Assembly: GCA_016935485.1 (NCBI GenBank) | Contig: JAFGQW010000094.1 | Location: 1-55,812 of the forward strand | Reading direction: 5' to 3' | From: Planctomycetota bacterium | GTDB lineage: Bacteria > Planctomycetota > JAFGQW01 | DNA length: 55,812 nt | Part shown: positions 49,852 to 55,812 of the stretch, in pieces | Numbering within the stretch: position 1 is the stretch's first letter | Layout: the number at the start of each line of letters is the position of its first letter | The notes under the pieces: model-generated | Told to the model about the DNA's origin: nothing | Database searches by the model: none | What the model saw: only the letters and a program-made list of their open reading frames with translations | Translations under genes and position numbers: made by a program

Positions 49852-50766
49852 ATGCGTACCGTCGTCGTTCTCGCCAGCATCCTGCTGCTCGCCGGCCTGG
49901 CCGCCGCCCAGACCATGATTCCGATTCCGGGATTCGGCAGCACCTACTCGGCCAGCATGACCCGCGGCTTCTACTGCCAGGCGCCGCTGGATTTCACCGT
50001 CGTCGGGCTTCGCGTGCCGGACGAGTCCAACCACGGGCTGCAGAACGTCTGCCTCTACAACCACACGGCGGCCCCACCGGCGTACTCTGGCACCGTGGCG
50101 CTGACCCCGGTCTTCTCCAAGTTCGGCGAGCCGAGCGCCAACATCATCCCGTGTGCATTTCCGTTCAAGAAGGGCGAGTGGCTGATCGTCATCGGCGCCT
50201 GCGGCAACTCGGGCGGCCTCAAGAACTCCTACGCCTCGCCGGCCGGCGTGTTCGCGAGCAACATCCTGGGCGCGCCGACCTCGCTCTACCGCTGCGGCAT
50301 CCAGTCCAACATCATCACCACCGCGCCGCCGCATCCGGTCTGGAGCGAGAATAACGGCCAGATCTCCCGCGTCGAGGTGTATGTGGCCGCCGCCACCATC
50401 GTCGGTTCGGGTTCCGGCGCGCCCGGCACCACGCTCACGTTCCTGCTGTCCGCGGTCACCGACGGCGGGCTGACCTATCAGGTGGGAAGCTCGCTCGGCA
50501 ATGGCCCCATCCCGATCGACACCCGGAAGCTCGAGCTGTCGGTCGACGGGCTGCTGGTCGCGAGCGTTTCCGGCAATCTGCCGGCGATCTTCCAGGGCTA
50601 CGCCGGCGTTCTCGACGCCAAGGGGGCCGGCAAGGCGGCGCTGAACATCCCGAACTTGCCCGTGCTCAAGGGAACCCGGATCTACACGGCGTTCGTCACC
50701 CTGTCGCAGGTAGCCCCGTCCGGAGTGGCCAGCATCAGCGACACGTTCCTCTTCACGATCCAGTAG
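49852..50766 (+). CDS. Secreted protein, paralog 2 of 5
   Basis: SD AAGGAGG; signal peptide; TRGFYCQAP.DFTVVGLRVPDE; ends FLFTIQ. Confidence 0.9.
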   Translation: MRTVVVLASILLLAGLAAAQTMIPIPGFGSTYSASMTRGFYCQAPLDFTVVGLRVPDESNHGLQNVCLYNHTAAPPAYSGTVALTPVFSKFGEPSANIIPCAFPFKKGEWLIVIGACGNSGGLKNSYASPAGVFASNILGAPTSLYRCGIQSNIITTAPPHPVWSENNGQISRVEVYVAAATIVGSGSGAPGTTLTFLLSAVTDGGLTYQVGSSLGNGPIPIDTRKLELSVDGLLVASVSGNLPAIFQGYAGVLDAKGAGKAALNIPNLPVLKGTRIYTAFVTLSQVAPSGVASISDTFLFTIQ

Positions 50767-50874
50767 CCTGACAATAGCCTCAATAGCCTGAGGCGATGGG
50801 GCTTCCGCCCGGCGGCTTGCCGCGGTGCCGGCGGGCGGCCGGAAGCCCGAGATGCGGCCTCGTTTCGGGTCGTC

Positions 50875-50903
50875 TTGACGCGCCGTTCCGACGCGGGTAC
50901 GCT
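50875..50903 (+). promoter_or_regulatory. Sigma70-like promoter of paralog 3
   Basis: TTGACG-17bp-TACGCT. Confidence 0.65.
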
Positions 50904-50938
50904 CGGTTCCAGACGGAATCGACCCGAGGAGAACAACC

Positions 50939-51853
50939 ATGCGTATTCCCGCCGCGCTCGCCGCCGTCCTGCTGCTCGCCGGTCTGGCCTCCGCCCAGAC
51001 AATGATCCCGATTCCGGCGTTCAACCGCACCTACAGCTACTCCGCGCACACCCGCGGCTTCTACTGCCAGGCGCCGGTGGACTTCACGGTCGTCGGGCTT
51101 CGCGTGCCCGACGAGGCCAACAACGGCCAGCAGAATGTGTGTGTCTACCAGCACACTGCCGCTCCGCTGCCGATCTCGACGGCGGTCCCGCTCACGCCCG
51201 TCTTCTCGAAGTTCGGCGAGCCGAGCAGGAACATCATTCCCTGCTCGATTCCGTACAAGAAGGGCGACTGGCTAATCGTGCTGGGCGCCTGCGGCAACGC
51301 CAGCATGCTCCACAACTCGTACGGCCCACAGGGCTGTTTCCAGAGCAGCATCTTCGGCCAGCCGACCACGATATGCCGCGGCGGCGTCCAGGCGAACATC
51401 GTCAGCACGGCGCCGCCCCATACGGTCTGGAGCGAGAACGCCTTCGAGGTCTGCCGCGTGGAGGTGTACGTCGCCTCCGCCCAGCTCGTCGGCTCGGGTT
51501 CCGGCGCGCCCGGCACCGCGCTGACGTTCACCCTGATGGCCGCCGCGGACGGGGGGCTCCCGTACCAGCTCGGAAGCTCGCTTGGCAACGGCCCGATCCC
51601 GATCGACACCCGCAAGCTCGAGCTCTCCGCCGACGCGCTCCTGGTCGCGAGCGTTTCCGGCAATCTGCCGGCGGTGTTCGAGGGCTACGCCGGCACGCTC
51701 GATGCAAAGGGACTCGGCAACGCCAAGCTCCACATCCCGATGATCCCGGCGCTCAAGGGGCTGAGAATCTACAGCGCATTCGTGACGCTGCGCGGGTCGG
51801 CGCCCTCGGGCATCGCGAGCATCAGCGACACGTTCCTCTTCACCATCCAGTAG
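50939..51853 (+). CDS. Secreted protein, paralog 3 of 5
   Basis: SD GAGGAG; same motifs as the other paralogs. Confidence 0.9.
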   Translation: MRIPAALAAVLLLAGLASAQTMIPIPAFNRTYSYSAHTRGFYCQAPVDFTVVGLRVPDEANNGQQNVCVYQHTAAPLPISTAVPLTPVFSKFGEPSRNIIPCSIPYKKGDWLIVLGACGNASMLHNSYGPQGCFQSSIFGQPTTICRGGVQANIVSTAPPHTVWSENAFEVCRVEVYVASAQLVGSGSGAPGTALTFTLMAAADGGLPYQLGSSLGNGPIPIDTRKLELSADALLVASVSGNLPAVFEGYAGTLDAKGLGNAKLHIPMIPALKGLRIYSAFVTLRGSAPSGIASISDTFLFTIQ

Positions 51854-52040
51854 GCCGGGACCGCCGCGCCGCCGCTATCGCTCCGTCGCGCGTGCGGGGC
51901 GGGGCGGCGGTGCCAGCCAGTGCTGCCCGCTCCCTCGCAAGCCGCCAGGAATCGGCCCGGAATGAGACGGACAGCCGCGGGGCACTGCGGTGGGCAGCAG
52001 TCTGCACCGGCGCATGATCTCGACAGATTCCATGCGGCCA

Positions 52041-52069
52041 TTGACAGCAGGTGCGGTAGCAGGTACGCT
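52041..52069 (+). promoter_or_regulatory. Sigma70-like promoter of paralog 4
   Basis: TTGACA-17bp-TACGCT. Confidence 0.7.
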
Positions 52070-52262
52070 CGATCTTGTTGTGTTTGAGGAGTCGGCGCGA
52101 GACGGCCGCCGTCGAGGAGTCCGTGCTCGCGCCCGAGAGAGACTGGGTTCCCTTTCGTCCAGGAGATTCCGGTGCCCGGCTCACGCCGCACGTGTGTGCG
52201 GCGCAAGCGGAGATGTGTCGCGGCCGGGGCGCGATCTCGAGGGTAGTTCAAGGAGAGGATTC

Positions 52263-53669
52263 ATGCGCATCGCAGCCGTTCTTGTCACCGTGCTCCTGCT
52301 GGCCGGTCTGGCCGCCGCCCAGGCCATGGTGCCGATCCCCGCGTTCGGCACCACCTACTCGGCCAGCATGACCCGTGGCCTCTACTGCCAGGCGCCGGTG
52401 GACTTCACCGTCGTCGGGCTCCGGGTGCCCGACGAGGCGAACCACGGGCTCCAGAACGTGTGCCTCTACAAGCACACCTCCGCGCCGCCCGCCTACACGG
52501 GCACCGTGCCGCTGACCCCACGGTTTTCCGCCTTCGGCGCACCGAGCGCGACTATCCTCCCGTGCGCGGTCCCGTTCCGCAAGGGCGACTGGATGATGGT
52601 GATCGGCGCGTGCGGCGATGCGAGCGGGCTCAAGAACTCGTACGCCACGCCGCCCGGTGCCTTCGCGACCAGCATCTTCGGCGCCGCGACCACGCTGTAT
52701 CGCTGCGGCATCCAGTCGAACATCATCACCACGCCGCCGCCGCATCCGGTCTGGAGCGAGAATAGTGGCCAGATCTCCCGCGTCGAGGTCTACGTGGTCC
52801 CGGGTTACTACCCGGGCTACCGGATCCCGCTGCCCGCGTTCAGCCGCACGTACTCGTCCACCCAGACCCGCGGGTTCTACTGCCAGGCGCCGCTGCCCTT
52901 CGCCGTCGTCGGTGTCCGAGTGCCCGACGAGTCGAACCACGGTCTGCAGAACGTATGCCTCTACAAGGATGCCTCCGCGCCGCCGGCCTTCTCCAGCACC
53001 GTGCTGCTGACCCCGCAGTTCTCGAAGTTCGGCGAGCCGAGCGCGAACATCATTCCGTGTCTGGTGCCCTACAACCTGGGCGAGTGGATGATCGCGCTGG
53101 GAGCCTGCGGTGACGCGAGCGGGCTCAAGAACTCCTACGGACCCGCGGGCTGCTTTGTGAGCAGCATCCTCGGCGCGCCCACGACGCTCTGCCGCGCCGG
53201 CGTCCAGGCGAACATCGTCACGGCGACACCGCCGCATGCGATCTGGAGCGAGAACGCCTTCGAGGTCAGCCGCGTCGAGGTCTTCGTGTCCGCGGCGGGA
53301 ATCACCGGCTCCGGCACGGGCGGCGTGGGCACCACGATGACGTTCCTGCTTGCCGCCCCGGGCGACAGCGGGCTGCCGTACCAGATGGCGAGCTCCTTCG
53401 GCGAGGGACCCATCCCGATCGACACGCGGCTGCTCGGGCTGTCGTACGATTCGCTGCTGGTGCTGAGCGTGATGAACCTCGCGCCGGGGACGTTCATCAA
53501 TTACTCCGGCGTGCTGAGCCGTTCGGGCACGGCGAAGGCGGGGCTGGCCATCCCGAAGATTCCTTCGCTGATCGGTATCCGCATCTTCACGGCCTATGTG
53601 ACCGTGCTGCCGGCCGCTCCATCCGGCGTGGCGAACATCAGCAACACCTTCCTGTTCACCGTCCAGTAG
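52263..53669 (+). CDS. Secreted protein, paralog 4 of 5, with duplicated N-terminal domain
   Basis: SD AAGGAGAGG; two TRG.YCQAP domains joined by PGYYPGYR; ends FLFTVQ. Confidence 0.9.
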   Translation: MRIAAVLVTVLLLAGLAAAQAMVPIPAFGTTYSASMTRGLYCQAPVDFTVVGLRVPDEANHGLQNVCLYKHTSAPPAYTGTVPLTPRFSAFGAPSATILPCAVPFRKGDWMMVIGACGDASGLKNSYATPPGAFATSIFGAATTLYRCGIQSNIITTPPPHPVWSENSGQISRVEVYVVPGYYPGYRIPLPAFSRTYSSTQTRGFYCQAPLPFAVVGVRVPDESNHGLQNVCLYKDASAPPAFSSTVLLTPQFSKFGEPSANIIPCLVPYNLGEWMIALGACGDASGLKNSYGPAGCFVSSILGAPTTLCRAGVQANIVTATPPHAIWSENAFEVSRVEVFVSAAGITGSGTGGVGTTMTFLLAAPGDSGLPYQMASSFGEGPIPIDTRLLGLSYDSLLVLSVMNLAPGTFINYSGVLSRSGTAKAGLAIPKIPSLIGIRIFTAYVTVLPAAPSGVANISNTFLFTVQ

Positions 53670-53693
53670 CCGGCATCGGCCGCGCTGCTTCCG

Positions 53694-53723
53694 GGCTTCC
53701 CGCCGCCGAGGCGGCGGGAAGCC
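53694..53723 (+). terminator. GC-rich hairpin after paralog 4 (no U-tract)
   Basis: GGCTTCCCGCCGCC-GA-GGCGGCGGGAAGCC; a related GGGCTTCC...GGAAGCCC stem follows paralog 2. Confidence 0.5.
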
Positions 53724-53754
53724 GGACCTTCCCGGACGGGTCCGGAGCGGGGGA

Positions 53755-53783
53755 TTGACTCGCGCCCCGAACGCGGGTAGGCT
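53755..53783 (+). promoter_or_regulatory. Sigma70-like promoter of paralog 5
   Basis: TTGACT-17bp-TAGGCT. Confidence 0.65.
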
Positions 53784-53818
53784 TCGGCCTGGACCGAAGT
53801 GACCCGAGGAGAGGAACC

Positions 53819-54730
53819 ATGCGTATTCTCGCCGCGCTCGCCGCCGTCTCGCTGCTCGCCGGTCTGGCCGCCGCCCAGACGGTGATCCCGATTCCCGCGT
53901 TCAGCCACACCTACCAGGCGAGCCAGACTCGCGGGTTCTACTGCCAGGCGCCGGTGGACTTCACCGTCGTCGGGCTCCGCGTGCCCGACGAGGCCAAGAA
54001 CGGCCAGCAGAACGTGTGCCTCTACAACCACACCTCCGCGCCGCCGGCGTTCTCTGGCACGGTGCCGCTCACGCCACTGTTCTCCAAGTTCGCCGAGCCG
54101 AGCGCGAACATCATCCCCTGCTCGATTCCGTACAAGAAGGGCGACTGGCTGATCGTCATCGGCGCGTGCGGCAACGCGACCATGCTCTACAACTCGTACG
54201 CCGCGCCGGGCTGCTTCCAGAGCAGCATCTTCGGCAATGCGACCACGGTATGCCGCGCCGGCATCCAGGCGAACATTGTCAGCGCCCTGCCGCCGCACGC
54301 GATCTGGAGCGAGAACGCGTTCGAAGTCTGTCGCGTGGAGGTCTACGTCGCCTCCGCCCAGCTCGTCGGCTCCGGTTCCGGCGCGCCCGGCACCACGCTC
54401 ACGTTCACCCTCATGGCCGCCGCCGACGGGGGGCTTCCGTACCAGCTCGGAAGCTCGCTCGGCAACGGCCCGATCCCGATCGACACGCGCAAGCTCGAGC
54501 TCTCCCCCGACGCGCTGCTGGTCGCCAGCGTCTCCGGCAATCTGCCGGCGGTGTTCGAGGGCTATGCGGGGACGCTGGACGCGCAGGGACTCGGCAACGC
54601 CAAGCTCCACCTCCCGATGGTCCCGGCGCTCAAGGGCGTGCGGATCTACAGCGCGTTCGTCACCCTCCGTGGATCGGCGCCGTCGGGGATCGCCAGCGTC
54701 AGCGACACGTTCCTGTTCACGATCCAGTAG
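53819..54730 (+). CDS. Secreted protein, paralog 5 of 5
   Basis: SD GAGGAG; C-terminal half nearly identical to paralog 3. Confidence 0.9.
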   Translation: MRILAALAAVSLLAGLAAAQTVIPIPAFSHTYQASQTRGFYCQAPVDFTVVGLRVPDEAKNGQQNVCLYNHTSAPPAFSGTVPLTPLFSKFAEPSANIIPCSIPYKKGDWLIVIGACGNATMLYNSYAAPGCFQSSIFGNATTVCRAGIQANIVSALPPHAIWSENAFEVCRVEVYVASAQLVGSGSGAPGTTLTFTLMAAADGGLPYQLGSSLGNGPIPIDTRKLELSPDALLVASVSGNLPAVFEGYAGTLDAQGLGNAKLHLPMVPALKGVRIYSAFVTLRGSAPSGIASVSDTFLFTIQ

Positions 54731-54934
54731 CGACGCGGGCCAGGCGTTCTCGCGGCCACCAGGTCGCCGCCGTGGCGGCGCCACCGCGAATCCCCTCCCC
54801 GGGCTTGACTCCGGACCGGCCGCCCAGCGAGAATCTTCCCTCTTGCTTTCGTCCCGTCTATTCCCGGAACGCCCTCCGGTCAGGCCGGCCGCACCTCCGG
54901 GGGAAGACCTCGCTAGCCAGGAGTTCGATCCAGC

Positions 54935-55812
54935 ATGGAGCGCCCCGGTCCGGCGACGATTCTCGGGCTCGGCCTGATCTCCGCCGCGCTGCTCCACCTC
55001 GAGATCACGCTCACGAAGATCTTCTCGGTGGTGCTCTGGTATCACTTCGGGTTCCTCGCGATCGGCGTCGCCCTGCTCGGCTTCGCGGCCGCCGGCGTCT
55101 ACCTCACCTTTCGCCCGAAACCGGACGGAACGCGGCTGCGCCGTGCGCTCGCGCGCCGCGCGCTTCTTGCCGCCGCCGGCATCTTCGTGGGCTTCCTGCT
55201 GCTCGCGCACTCGCAGTTCGACACCTTCTCGATCGTGCGCGAGCGGCGGGCCGCGCTGCTCGCCGTCTACCTCCTCGAGGCTGCGCTGCCGTTCTTCCTG
55301 ATCGGGCTGGTGATCGCCGCGACAATCGCGGCCTTCCCCCGGCATGTCGGGACGCTCTACGCCTCGAACCTCGTGGGCTCGGCCGCCGGCTGTTTGACCG
55401 CGGTGATTGCGCTCAACCACGTCAGCGGACAGCAGGCCGTGCTCGCCGCCGTCGGGCTCGCGGGCACCGGCGCCGCGCTGATGGGAATCCCGGCGGGAGC
55501 GTGGCCCACGGTGCGCAACGCCGCGGTGGCGGGAGTTCTGCTGTTCGTGGGCTTCCGGCACACCGAGGCGCTGTTCCGACTGCTGCCGATCCCGAGCAAG
55601 ATGCTCGCGAGCATGCCGCCCGAAGCGCTGGAGGCAAGCGACTGGAGCTCGCTCTCGAAGGTCGACATCCTGGCGATCGGGGACACGCACCAGGGGCTCT
55701 GGGGGATCAGCGACGCGCGCTTCAAGGACCCCTGGTTCGAGAAGGCGCTCGAGGAGGGCTTCTCGCCGCTGCCGCCGCGCAAGGCCGTCCTCATCGACGA
55801 GTGGGCCATCAC
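54935..55812 (+). CDS. Polytopic membrane protein, fused MFS/spermidine-synthase-like (runs off the window)
   Basis: Manual translation: MERPGPATILGLGLISAALLHLEITLTKIFSVVLWYHFGFLAIGVALLG...LYASNLVGSAAG...WSSLSKVD. Confidence 0.75.
   Translation, partial: MERPGPATILGLGLISAALLHLEITLTKIFSVVLWYHFGFLAIGVALLGFAAAGVYLTFRPKPDGTRLRRALARRALLAAAGIFVGFLLLAHSQFDTFSIVRERRAALLAVYLLEAALPFFLIGLVIAATIAAFPRHVGTLYASNLVGSAAGCLTAVIALNHVSGQQAVLAAVGLAGTGAALMGIPAGAWPTVRNAAVAGVLLFVGFRHTEALFRLLPIPSKMLASMPPEALEASDWSSLSKVDILAIGDTHQGLWGISDARFKDPWFEKALEEGFSPLPPRKAVLIDEWAI

Noticed and set aside
50762-50790. Short repeat CAATAGCCT x2 after paralog 2
   Set aside because: Too short; consistent with a slippage duplication.
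48785-54730. Diversity-generating retroelement or invertase shufflon behind the paralog variation
   Set aside because: No reverse transcriptase or recombinase in the window; all copies are co-oriented intact genes; differences are not adenine-specific.

Overview
High-GC bacterial chromosome segment, most likely from an uncultured Planctomycetota lineage (inferred from the pilB-pilT-pilB-pilC arrangement and the acidic HTH protein). The left ~33 kb is mostly core genes: ppdK (partial), type IV pilus/T2SS motor genes, two histidine kinases with no response regulator in the window, OmpA/MotB and SUMF1-domain lipoproteins, rsmA, dnaG-rpoD, a zinc-ribbon protein, RNase P RNA, rseP, a MerR-HTH/ParA fusion with a non-ParB partner, and a glycosyltransferase/methyltransferase cluster. 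32.6-36.0 kb is a decayed islet downstream of tmRNA, with gene fragments and a small GIY-YIG nuclease next to REP-like inverted repeats. Next come tmRNA, smpB, tRNA-Leu(CAG), an RluA-family gene, an unannotated 33-aa bL37-like ORF, lemA and a GldA/GldF/GldG/DUF4340 ABC operon. The right ~12 kb encodes secreted proteins: an SBBP beta-propeller protein, a HEAT-M23 peptidase, and five tandem, individually promoted, mosaic paralogs. The main novelty candidate is a ~110-120 aa C-terminal domain shared by seven ORFs with three unrelated N-terminal parts, the pattern expected of a protein sorting or surface-attachment signal. I saw no CRISPR array, integrase, transposase or reverse transcriptase. All family assignments come from motif recognition by eye; no database search was run.
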